This document shows positions 40,072-49,440 of a stretch of DNA of 64,000 nt, one piece after another. The position numbers and the translations under genes were made by a program. This DNA comes from an uncultured Spirochaetota bacterium (lineage in GTDB: Bacteria; Spirochaetota; Brevinematia; Brevinematales; JAOACQ01), in contig CAVYGN010000001.1 of NCBI GenBank assembly GCA_963768055.1, positions 64,001 to 128,000 on the forward strand, given 5' to 3'. A model generated the notes under the pieces. It was not told where the DNA came from, searched no databases, and worked only from the letters and a program-made list of their open reading frames with translations. How positions within the stretch are numbered: the first letter of the stretch is position 1; every line of letters starts with the position of its first letter.

Positions 40072-40155
40072 TTGTTGCTCCTCTTTTTATTCAATTAACG
40101 GTTTAAGGCTTATATTCCGGAAATAAAGTGAAGGCTTGTCAGCCCCGCATTCGAA

Positions 40156-40249
40156 TTATAACCAGCCGAAATCGTCGGTTTCGATCCTTTCATGCCGCCG
40201 CATGATACTAAAGTCATGCCAAAGGCGAAGCACACGTCGGCTGTTAAAG
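40156..40249 (-). repeat. attC-like imperfect hairpin
   Basis: TAAC...GTTA-bounded 94-bp stem with bulges, just downstream of an AT-rich gene pair. Confidence 0.4.
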
Positions 40250-40320
40250 ACTTGTGGACAATATTCATCAGTTTCTCCTGTTAAATATGTGGTAGATAAT
40301 TTCTTTGAAGTGTTTACTTT

Positions 40321-42642
40321 TCAAATTTCTATATAATTAACATTTCTATATTTTTTATTGTTATTGAAAATTTCTTTAATTTCACCTTTCGATGAAAAAT
40401 ATAATATTTGCCACCCCTTATCTATAATTTTTTGAAGCATATTAATTTGTTTTTCCAATCTAATAGGATCAGATTTAATAAATGGATCATCCAGAATAAA
40501 GAAACCTTTACTTCCTTTCAAAAGCTTTTCTCCAAGTGCAAGCCGGATGGAAAAATATAATTGGTCCCACGCTCCTCCTGATAATTTTTCAGCTTCTAAA
40601 ACTTCTCCATTCTGTCGTCTGACTTTTATTTTATCATTTTCCTGGCTAAAAATAACTTCTTCATAGAAGTTACCTGTTATTTCAGCAAAAAACTTTGAGG
40701 CCGGGCTATTTTTTCCAAAAAGCACAGAAACCTTTTCTTTTTCTTCAGCTTCTATCTCTTCAAATATTTTAATACCTTCCAGTGCGTTTTCCCTGTTATT
40801 TTCAGTTTTATTTATAAATTCCTGCAATCTATTTAAAAGTTCTTCCAGTTCAATAGTTGTTGTACAATAAATACTTTCACTTTCTGCATGTAAAACTTCA
40901 TTTGCCTTTTTTCCAATTTCATTCATTTCATTTTGAATATCTTTTAATTTTTGATTTAATATATTCAAATTATTTTCAAATTCATTTTTTTGATTGTTTA
41001 ATTTTAAAAATGATGTTTCATTAAAATTTATAGATTCTGCTTTATCTTCATATTCTTTTAATTTTTCTATTTCCTCAGTCCAGAAATTAATATTTTCTTT
41101 TAAAATTTTGCTCTTTGAATCAAATAAACTATTTAAGATACTTTCTTGTTCTTTTATTGACCTCTCATATTGACTTTTTAAAATAAGTTTCTTTGTATAT
41201 TCTTCCAATGATTCTTCTTCAGATTTACTTTTTATCAAATTGATTTTTTCAAGGATATTTTTTATTTTATTTTTTATCCCTGGAATTTTTACTTCTTTCA
41301 ATTCTTTTATTTTATCTTTTTTGATTTCCAGTTTTCTCTTAAATTCTTGCAATTCATTTGATTTTTTATCATAGTTTTCATTAAACCTTTGCATTAATGA
41401 AAGTATTTCTTCTATATTATCAGAAGCCAGTTCAAATTTTGATAAATATAATCTTATTGCATTAAATGAGCTTGAAAACAAGGCTTTTTTCTTTATAAAT
41501 TGATACTGTAATATAAAAAAAATACTAAAAACAATGATAGAAAATGAAGCGAGGAGATAAAAAAAATAGTATAAAAATGATGGTTTAAGAATAGCTCCAA
41601 ACAAGGATATACAGAAAACAATTGCTGACATAATTAAAAATGGAGTAAAAAATTTACTTTTAATTTCTTGCTGAACTATTTCCCCTTTCTCCTTTTCAAG
41701 GTTTTTTAATTGGGGTTTTACTTCATTTTCCAGATCTTTTTTCCTTTCTTCGTAAATTTTAAAATCACTCACCAATCCAAGGGATTTTTCACTTATAATT
41801 TCATATTCTTTTTCTTCTTTTATTTGTTCTACAAGTAGATTTTCTTTTTCCTCTTCCAAAGTTTTAATATCCTTTTCATTATCCCTCCAAAATTCCCGGT
41901 CTTTCTCATTAATTTCCTCTAGGTTTTCAATTTCTTTTAAAGCTTTTTCCATTTTATTCAAAGCATCTTTTCCTTTTTCATATTTATCTCTTTTCCTTGC
42001 GGCATCAAAATTTTTAATATTTTCTTTAAGGATATCGATTTCTTCACTTTGTTTGGCAAAATTTTCTTCAATCGCATCAAACTGTTTTTCTTTAATTTCT
42101 TTTTTTAATTTTTCAATTTTATCAATAAGATTGACGGCCTGTTCAAACCTTGTTTTTAATTTATCATCTTTATCAGAATCAGTAAGATTATTGTCCTTAG
42201 CAGTAATTTTTCCAAAATTTCTCAAGTTTTTAATTATCTTTGAAATTTCATTAGTTTTTAATCCTGTAAGTCGATCTGTAATATTAATATAAAATTTATT
42301 CTCACACGAAATAGAAAGATTGCTATTTCTTATCACAAAAATATTGTTGTATTCTGCTGAAGTTAATTCAGTAATTTCAGTTAAATAACCTTTTTCAGGA
42401 ATTTTAATTTCTTTACTATTTTCATCTTCAATAATAACATACCCTTCCGGTTCTTCATCTACACGATTAATTTCATTAAATTCTTTATAAGGTTTTAATA
42501 TCATTTTCACAAGCGCATCTATTGATAGAGTTTTTCCCTCCTCATTTTTCCCCCAAAAGAGGTTGAAATTTTTCAACCTAAATATTCCTCTATTAATTAA
42601 CGGACCGTAGTGGGTAATAGAGAATTCTTTAATTTTCATCAA
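40321..42642 (-). CDS. Rad50/SMC-like AAA ATPase (YhaN-like) with central TM pair
   Basis: GKNEEGKT Walker A, long coiled coil, LSGG signature, ILDDPF Walker B. Confidence 0.85.
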   Translation of the reverse strand: MMKIKEFSITHYGPLINRGIFRLKNFNLFWGKNEEGKTLSIDALVKMILKPYKEFNEINRVDEEPEGYVIIEDENSKEIKIPEKGYLTEITELTSAEYNNIFVIRNSNLSISCENKFYINITDRLTGLKTNEISKIIKNLRNFGKITAKDNNLTDSDKDDKLKTRFEQAVNLIDKIEKLKKEIKEKQFDAIEENFAKQSEEIDILKENIKNFDAARKRDKYEKGKDALNKMEKALKEIENLEEINEKDREFWRDNEKDIKTLEEEKENLLVEQIKEEKEYEIISEKSLGLVSDFKIYEERKKDLENEVKPQLKNLEKEKGEIVQQEIKSKFFTPFLIMSAIVFCISLFGAILKPSFLYYFFYLLASFSIIVFSIFFILQYQFIKKKALFSSSFNAIRLYLSKFELASDNIEEILSLMQRFNENYDKKSNELQEFKRKLEIKKDKIKELKEVKIPGIKNKIKNILEKINLIKSKSEEESLEEYTKKLILKSQYERSIKEQESILNSLFDSKSKILKENINFWTEEIEKLKEYEDKAESINFNETSFLKLNNQKNEFENNLNILNQKLKDIQNEMNEIGKKANEVLHAESESIYCTTTIELEELLNRLQEFINKTENNRENALEGIKIFEEIEAEEKEKVSVLFGKNSPASKFFAEITGNFYEEVIFSQENDKIKVRRQNGEVLEAEKLSGGAWDQLYFSIRLALGEKLLKGSKGFFILDDPFIKSDPIRLEKQINMLQKIIDKGWQILYFSSKGEIKEIFNNNKKYRNVNYIEI

Positions 42643-43712
42643 GATATCTCCATCATTGACTTGATTGTCATATCTTGCAGTTCTTTTTTCTTTTTTGCAT
42701 CAAAAGCGCTTTCATTTAATTTATTTATAAAAATTTTAAATAAATCATCTTCTAAAATTCTATTTATATCTTTAAATTCAAATTTTGTGTCTTTTTCATC
42801 ATCAATTAAATTCTTATCCTTGATTACATCTTTTATTTTTTTTACAAGATCCTGTTCATTAATTTTCATCTTTAAACCATTAAAATAACCACCAATTGAC
42901 AGTATAAGAGAGGCTTCTGGATTAATATCCTTTAGATATTCACTTACAACTTCTATAGGGTTTTTATCATTAAAAGGATCAAATCTAATAGTGACTTCTT
43001 CAAAATATGAAGTATCCAAAAGATATTCCTTTGGCTTTTTTCCTATTTCGAAGAGATTGACTTTCCTTTTCCCTGTTTCTCTTTTTGTTATTGAAACTGG
43101 TGATCCGGGATAAACAAAATATCCTCCATTTTCTAATTGCCACATATCAAATTTAGAATGGAAATGGCCTCCAAGAACGTATTCAATATTTAAATCTTTA
43201 AAATATGATAGTTTGACAGGCATATATTTTTCATCGCCTTCTTCTCCAAAATCTTTTCTGGAATAAAAAGAATCAAGTAATTCTCCATGATAAAGCAATA
43301 TATTTTTTTTATTGTTTGTCAAACTATTTTTTAGAGAATGTAGTTTTTGGATAATTTTGTCGGAAGTCAGCTTTTCAAATGGAAAACCCCAAATATTGAT
43401 ATCCTTGTATTCATATGGTTTATTTAGATCATTTAATACTATTATATCTTCCCCAAAATACATACCGCTTTTATAAGAATCACTATCATGATTCCCCGGA
43501 ATAACAACTATTTTATAGCCGTTATTTGAGAAAATTTGCCTTATTTTTGTTTTAAGGGTTTCTGCATTTATGTCTTTATCAAAAAGATCTCCACTAATAA
43601 TAAGTATTTCAATTTTTTCCTTTTTTCCGACTTCGATAAGTTTTTCAAGAGCCTTCCATCTTTCGTCTTCAAATTCCCTTAAATGAATATCAGCAGTATG
43701 AAGAATTTTCAT
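42639..43712 (-). CDS. Mre11/SbcD-like metallophosphoesterase nuclease (YhaO-like)
   Basis: HTADIH, GDLFD, GNHD, GHFH and YPGSP motifs. Confidence 0.9.
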   Translation of the reverse strand: MKILHTADIHLREFEDERWKALEKLIEVGKKEKIEILIISGDLFDKDINAETLKTKIRQIFSNNGYKIVVIPGNHDSDSYKSGMYFGEDIIVLNDLNKPYEYKDINIWGFPFEKLTSDKIIQKLHSLKNSLTNNKKNILLYHGELLDSFYSRKDFGEEGDEKYMPVKLSYFKDLNIEYVLGGHFHSKFDMWQLENGGYFVYPGSPVSITKRETGKRKVNLFEIGKKPKEYLLDTSYFEEVTIRFDPFNDKNPIEVVSEYLKDINPEASLILSIGGYFNGLKMKINEQDLVKKIKDVIKDKNLIDDEKDTKFEFKDINRILEDDLFKIFINKLNESAFDAKKKKELQDMTIKSMMEIS

Positions 43713-43772
43713 TATTTGCCTCGATTATTTCTTTCATTTGTCCTCGAAATGATATCTATGATCCCTTACAGC

Positions 43773-44432
43773 TTAATCTGTGGAATCTGTGGTTTCGTTC
43801 TTCCGGTGGAAAACTCTGCCGAATACATATACCGCGCTGAAAGCCAGTAGAAGCCCGGCGGCCGCATCAGCGACATAATGCTGTTTGATGAATAGGGTCG
43901 ATAATACGATCAAGGCGGTCCATAATGCGGCAGGTATTCCGATCCTCTTTTCAAGTTTCCACCAGTGGATAGCCATTACGGTCGATATTGAAGTATGCAG
44001 GCTCGGGAAATCATTATACGGATTGTCGGTGGAATAAACACCCTTGATCAGCCCTGATAGAAAATCGTTTCCTTCAATAGACGGCCTGTCGACATAGGAC
44101 TGAAAAAAATAATAAAATAAATAACTGATTATGAATATTGTTATCATCGATAACGCTGCTGAATGAAAATATTCAGTCCTGAAAAGCAGGAATAAAATAA
44201 GCGAGAAATAAACGTAGAGGTCTAAAGAGATATAAGGTATGACGAATATTTTGACTACCGGTATAATTTTGTCAAAAGGAGTCAGCAGGAATATTCGGGC
44301 CGGGCCATGATTGAGCGGTCCGTACACAAGGGAAACCAGGTAAACGGCCGCAGCCAGGATAACTGCCAGGAAAGTATTAAGCCAGCCGGTATATAAAACA
44401 CCATTTTTTAACCGTGATAATAACCAATTCAA
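43773..44432 (-). CDS. PAP2 family phosphatase
   Basis: FPSLH and STLFIKQHYVAD motifs. Confidence 0.9.
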   Translation of the reverse strand: MNWLLSRLKNGVLYTGWLNTFLAVILAAAVYLVSLVYGPLNHGPARIFLLTPFDKIIPVVKIFVIPYISLDLYVYFSLILFLLFRTEYFHSAALSMITIFIISYLFYYFFQSYVDRPSIEGNDFLSGLIKGVYSTDNPYNDFPSLHTSISTVMAIHWWKLEKRIGIPAALWTALIVLSTLFIKQHYVADAAAGLLLAFSAVYVFGRVFHRKNETTDSTD

Positions 44433-44537
44433 AAGAACCCCCCTTCGGTGCTTCCTATCCGTAGAAGCGCCTTAAAAAGAATATAGAGGGCAAGGATAAA
44501 TGTCAAAATCTAATAACGGCTGATCTTAAAATCACAG

Positions 44538-44579
44538 ATGTCATTTCGAGGTTAACAGCTGGGATGCTCGAAATGACAT
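44538..44579. repeat. REP-like inverted repeat ATGTCATTTCGAG-N16-CTCGAAATGACAT
   Basis: perfect 13-bp inverted repeat; half-copies at 43743, 48440 and 58921. Confidence 0.6.
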
Positions 44580-44650
44580 TGTTTTGGAAAAATTAGCGTA
44601 ATCGTTTTATAATTATGAAAGAGGATCTTGAAACCGATTGGAGTGATATA

Positions 44651-45469
44651 ATGGAATTTACCGAAGATCAGCTTGAACGTTACAGCAGGAATATCCTTTT
44701 AGAGGATATCGGCACTGCCGGCCAGGAAAAGATCTTGAGAAGCAGTGTACTGGTTATCGGCGCGGGTGGGCTGGGGTCACCTGTCGCGCTTTACCTTGCC
44801 GCGGCAGGAGTAGGAACGATCGGGATAGCTGATTTCGACAGGGTGGAGCTGTCCAATCTCCAGAGACAGATCATCCATTTTACTGCGGACATCGGCAAGC
44901 CCAAGGTCCAGTCCGCCCGGGAAAAAATGACTGCGATCAATCCGGATATCAAGGTAAATGCCATAGAAGAATTTCTAAGCGGCGTTAATATTGTTTCGAT
45001 TATTCGGGGATACGACTTTGTGATAGACTGCACGGATAATTTTGCCACCAAGTTCTTGATCAATGACGCCTGCGTCATTGAGAAAAAACCATTTTCTCAT
45101 GGCGGCGTCCTGCGCTTCGAGGGTCAGACGATGACCGTCAAGCCCGGAGAAACGGCCTGCTACCGGTGCATTTTTACTGCGCCGCCTCTCGCCGGCACTG
45201 TTCCTTCATGCCGTCAGGCGGGTGTGCTTGGCGCTGTCGCAGGCATTCTCGGTACGATCCAGGCTTCCGAGGCTTTGAAATTTATTACCGGGGCCGGCGA
45301 AATGCTTTACAACCGGCTCCTTATTTTCGATGCGAAGAAAATGAATTTCAGGAAAGCGGTGTTCAATAAAAATCCGGAATGCCCGGTCTGCGGGGAGAAT
45401 CCGTCGATTACCGAAATTAAAGAAAACTCTCAGTCGGCGATCGACCTGGTTTTCGAATTGAAGAAATAA
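44651..45469 (+). CDS. HesA/MoeB/ThiF family adenylyltransferase
   Basis: ERYSR, GAGGLG, SNLQRQ, and CYRC/CPVC Zn motifs. Confidence 0.95.
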   Translation: MEFTEDQLERYSRNILLEDIGTAGQEKILRSSVLVIGAGGLGSPVALYLAAAGVGTIGIADFDRVELSNLQRQIIHFTADIGKPKVQSAREKMTAINPDIKVNAIEEFLSGVNIVSIIRGYDFVIDCTDNFATKFLINDACVIEKKPFSHGGVLRFEGQTMTVKPGETACYRCIFTAPPLAGTVPSCRQAGVLGAVAGILGTIQASEALKFITGAGEMLYNRLLIFDAKKMNFRKAVFNKNPECPVCGENPSITEIKENSQSAIDLVFELKK

Positions 45470-45844
45470 TTAAACCACAGATTTACACAGATTGATACGG
45501 ATTAATTATTGTAAGGAATGAGAATTTCTCTGTGAAATCCATATAAAATTAGAGAATAAATTGTGATTTACCCCAAAGAGTCATAAGGTATTATTTTACA
45601 TGTAGAAACTGAGGCACGAGAGTATATAAGATGATGTTCATCAATTAAATTATACTATTAAATAAATCAAACCTTAATAAAAATGGTTTAAAGAAATGTT
45701 AAAAAAATAAAATTTATATTAAAATAAAACTCATTTATTCAGTGTGTCGAGGACCGGGTAGATTCCCCAGTGGCAGGGGCATGAGATTCCCCACCTTTTC
45801 CTGAAAAATACCGTTCTTGATTTTAGAGAGAAATCATAAAACTT

Positions 45845-46591
45845 TCAAATAGTTTTCCCTTCCTTCCGGAAAGATTTTCCATCTTTGGATTTTACCAGGA
45901 TTTTAATTGAGCCTGAAACAAGGCGGTCAAGCATAGCCCCTCCAATCACAGGATCAGGGAAGATTGCCAGCCAGTCCTCCGGAGGCCGGTTGCTTGTCAG
46001 AATAATGGACCTGTTTCCAAGCCTTTCATCGACAATCCGGTATAGGTATTCCGTTTCTTCATTGTCGAGTTTTTTAAATCCGAAATCGTCTATTATCAGG
46101 AGGTCTGTTTTAATACACTTTCTGAATAGAGTATTCTTAAACATAAGCTTTTCGCTTTTCAAGTCTTCAAGAAGAACCGCGGCTTTCTTGAAAAGAACTG
46201 TGTTTCCTCTTCTGCAGGCCTCATGGCCGACTGATTTTGCAATGCATGTTTTACCTATGCCGGGAGGCCCGGCGATGACAACAAACTGTCTCATATCCAT
46301 GAAACGGCAGGACGCGATTTCACGAATAAGCCTTGAAGGGATAGCGCTCTCATTGAAATTAAAATCAAACCCCTCGAAAGTGTTTTCCTGGCCGAACTTC
46401 GCTTCTCTCAGCCTCTTTTTGAGCATGTTATTATCCCTCTGGCATAATTCATCCTGAACTAACAAAGAGAAAAATTCTCCATAGTCCAGGTTTGATTCTT
46501 GAGCCTCCCTGATCCGCATAGGAAGGTTGAATAGCATCCCAGGAAGCTTTAACCTCCTTAAGTTTGCCTCAAGCTGATTCTGATGTTCCAT
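45845..46591 (-). CDS. istB: IS21 helper ATPase IstB
   Basis: GPPGIGKT, LLIIDDFG, ILTSNR and LDRL motifs. Confidence 0.95.
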   Translation of the reverse strand: MEHQNQLEANLRRLKLPGMLFNLPMRIREAQESNLDYGEFFSLLVQDELCQRDNNMLKKRLREAKFGQENTFEGFDFNFNESAIPSRLIREIASCRFMDMRQFVVIAGPPGIGKTCIAKSVGHEACRRGNTVLFKKAAVLLEDLKSEKLMFKNTLFRKCIKTDLLIIDDFGFKKLDNEETEYLYRIVDERLGNRSIILTSNRPPEDWLAIFPDPVIGGAMLDRLVSGSIKILVKSKDGKSFRKEGKTI

Positions 46592-46609
46592 ATTTCCTCC
46601 TCATTATCT

Positions 46610-48151
46610 CTATTGAAAGTAATAGCTGCCGTCCCTGGTCATTTCAGACCCTTCTTCTGAAATTTCAAACAGGGTGTCCTGTTTATCCTTTCCTTCATTT
46701 TCCATCCAGCTTTTGAATAGTTTGGGATCGGTTATTTTTGCCGATATTGCTCTTTCACAGACTTTATTAAAGTATTCTTCTTTCGAGAATGTTTCCATTA
46801 CACTTAAGAACCCCAGGGCCCTCCGGCAATTCAGATTAGCATGAACAGCAAGGATTTGAAAGATCAACTGGTATGCGGCTTCTCCGTATTTCCTCGACTG
46901 GTCTAATAAATACTTGGGGTATCCCCCGGATAGCATCTCCCTTGTATTCTCCGGAAAATCAGTCTTTTCATATGCTGCATGTCCTCTTGGTACGACAAAT
47001 TCCCGGATAAGTTTGTACTGGAAGAAGATCTTCACTAAATTGCCGGTTCTCCTGACAAAGACTTCCTCTCCACGATACCTGGGAGGCAGGGAATACCTCT
47101 TTTTCTCGAACTGGACAAATTGGTCCGGGTGTACCTTGGCCTTTTTCCATACGGGAGTCTTAAACCTTTCTTCAGGAAGCTTCTTAAGCAGGGGCTTCTC
47201 TATCGTTTCAAATACCTCTATTGGTTTCAAACCTGTTGTTCCATGGTTCCTCATCCCGTATTCATACCTGCACCATTCCAGAGCTTTGATGTTTAATTCC
47301 TTTAACGAGGCTCCGGGATTAAGGGCTTTAAGTTTTCTGAAAAGCTCTCTGGCAACAGGGACCATTCTCTCTATCTTGGCTTTATCCTTTGGTTTCCTTA
47401 CCCTGCAAGGATCAAGAAAAGTATTGTAATACTCCGCATAATCAGCATATGCCTGATTATATTTAGGATCGTAAAGGTCCGGTGATATGATGCCGGTTTT
47501 CAGATTGTCCAGGGATATTCTTACAGGCACACCGCCGTAAAACTCCAGCATATCCACATTGCTTTCAACGAATGATTCCTGGTTTTGTGAATAGACATAT
47601 TGAACAAATGGCAGCCTTGAACTCGACATTATTCCGATAAAAGACTGCACGATCTTGTTGTGCCCCAGGTATTCCATTGTGCCGGCCCTGCCGTAGTCAA
47701 GCTGGATCTCCTGACCAGGGTTAGTTTCAATCCGGATGGTTTCCTTTAATTCTTTAGCTGTAAGGCCGCTCTTTATCGAGAATCTCTTGAAACTTGTATA
47801 GCTTATGTCCAGATTATGCCTTATACAGACAACTTCAAAGGCTGTCTTGGGTTTCATTCCGTTTTTCGGGTCATTTATGAGCCCGTACAGCTCATCTTTA
47901 TATCGTTCAAGTATGCTTGCCTTATTTTCATTTTTTGGAGGCCCTACAAAGGGGCGTTTCAGATGGAATTCTTCCCGGCTTATTGTTTCTCCCGCCTTTT
48001 CAAAGCCGTAATCGATAATTTTTTGAATCGCTAGTCGGACTGTTTTCCTATCCCTGTTTTCCTGTTCGGAAATTTCACTTATGCTTTGATCGGCTTTCCA
48101 TCGTCTGTAAATGTCATAGTAATCCTGTTCGTTCATAAATCTGTACCCCAT
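46610..48151 (-). CDS. istA: IS21 transposase IstA
   Basis: ETNPGQEIQLDYG, DNLKT and KDKAKIER (DDE) motifs. Confidence 0.95.
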   Translation of the reverse strand: MGYRFMNEQDYYDIYRRWKADQSISEISEQENRDRKTVRLAIQKIIDYGFEKAGETISREEFHLKRPFVGPPKNENKASILERYKDELYGLINDPKNGMKPKTAFEVVCIRHNLDISYTSFKRFSIKSGLTAKELKETIRIETNPGQEIQLDYGRAGTMEYLGHNKIVQSFIGIMSSSRLPFVQYVYSQNQESFVESNVDMLEFYGGVPVRISLDNLKTGIISPDLYDPKYNQAYADYAEYYNTFLDPCRVRKPKDKAKIERMVPVARELFRKLKALNPGASLKELNIKALEWCRYEYGMRNHGTTGLKPIEVFETIEKPLLKKLPEERFKTPVWKKAKVHPDQFVQFEKKRYSLPPRYRGEEVFVRRTGNLVKIFFQYKLIREFVVPRGHAAYEKTDFPENTREMLSGGYPKYLLDQSRKYGEAAYQLIFQILAVHANLNCRRALGFLSVMETFSKEEYFNKVCERAISAKITDPKLFKSWMENEGKDKQDTLFEISEEGSEMTRDGSYYFQ

Positions 48152-48582
48152 CCATTCCCCTCCGGTTTTTTCCGGAGAGTATGTTTGATTTTTTAGATTC
48201 TGAACAGGAAAAGGTGGGTGGGGAATCTCATGGCCCTGGATGCTAAAAAGTGGGGAATGTGGTGGCCCTGACCCTGGGGAATCTCATGGCCCTATTTTGC
48301 CTTTTTACTGGGGAATCTGGGTGGCCCCGGACAAGTGTCTACAATTCATAATTATGTTATGATTACACAGATATTTCCTTATATACCAATACATTACAAT
48401 TTTTAAACCCCGAAAAAAGATTTCTGGTTATAGCGTTATCTGAAATGACATCTGTGCAATCGGTGCAATCTGTGGTTCCAATCACAGGTAATCCTATAGG
48501 AAAATGGTTGTTAATTTACAAAACCTGGAAATCATTATATAATTTTCGTTATGAAAAATCTGAAATGGACAGGTTGTCGAAT

Positions 48583-49440
48583 ATGAACATATTTATAATT
48601 ATTCTCCTCGCTGTAGTCCAGGGAATGGCGGAGCTTCTGCCTATATCGAGTTCAGCGCATGTCATTCTTGTTGAAAAATTCCTGGGCTTAAACCCCTCTT
48701 CCCCCGAAATGACTTTTTTACTTGTTATGCTCCATACCGGGACTATGTTTGCCGTTCTTATATATTTCTGGCCCCGCTGGAAAAGATTATTGTCAAAAGA
48801 AAATCCCAACCGATGGAATTTTGTCAGGATGGTGATTTACAGTACGGCAGCTACGGGAATAGTTGGACTGGGGCTATTATATTTAATTGAAAAATATGGA
48901 TCCCCCGGAAAATCGGTAGAAGACATATTCGGCAACACTTTAATAATAGGGACCGCTCTCGGAGCTGCGGGAATATTAATTATCGTTTCAGGGCTTTTTA
49001 ATAGGAATATAGAAAAAGATAAAATCGATTTCGATTCAAAAAATTATGAGTTAAAAAATTCCTTTCTTGTAGGGATTGTCCAGGGTCTGGCTCTTCCCTT
49101 CCGCGGATTTTCAAGATCGGGTTCGACTATATCAACCTCCATTCTGCTTGGACTGCCTAAAGGCTTCTCCGAAGATTATAGTTTTATCCTCGCACTTATT
49201 ATAACCCCGCCGGTCATTATCCGTGAATTTTTACGTCTCAGGCATTTTGCCGGGGCGAATATAAGCCTTCCTTATTTACCGGGAATATTGGGAATGATAT
49301 TCAGCTTTTTTGCCGGCCTATTAGCAATTAAATGGCTTTCATCATGGCTTGAAAAAGGCCGCTGGTCTATATTCGGCTGCTACTGCCTCGTTCTCTCCGC
49401 ATTTATCCTGACTATGACGGGTTTGAATATTCTCAGGTAA
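48583..49440 (+). CDS. uppP: undecaprenyl-diphosphate phosphatase
   Basis: VQGMAELLPISSSAH and GFSRSGSTI motifs; start reassigned to MNIFII. Confidence 0.9.
   Translation: MNIFIIILLAVVQGMAELLPISSSAHVILVEKFLGLNPSSPEMTFLLVMLHTGTMFAVLIYFWPRWKRLLSKENPNRWNFVRMVIYSTAATGIVGLGLLYLIEKYGSPGKSVEDIFGNTLIIGTALGAAGILIIVSGLFNRNIEKDKIDFDSKNYELKNSFLVGIVQGLALPFRGFSRSGSTISTSILLGLPKGFSEDYSFILALIITPPVIIREFLRLRHFAGANISLPYLPGILGMIFSFFAGLLAIKWLSSWLEKGRWSIFGCYCLVLSAFILTMTGLNILR

Larger units (their letters stand above)
45745..48333 (-). mobile_element. IS21 family insertion sequence (2589 bp)
   Basis: TG...CA ends; imperfect IRs (TGTCGAGGACCGGGTAGATTCCCCAGT / TGTCCGGGGCCACCCAGATTCCCCAGT); multiple subterminal GGGGAAT...GGCCC repeats; 4-bp AGTG target duplication (45741-45744, 48334-48337); istA-istB. 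Confidence 0.95.
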
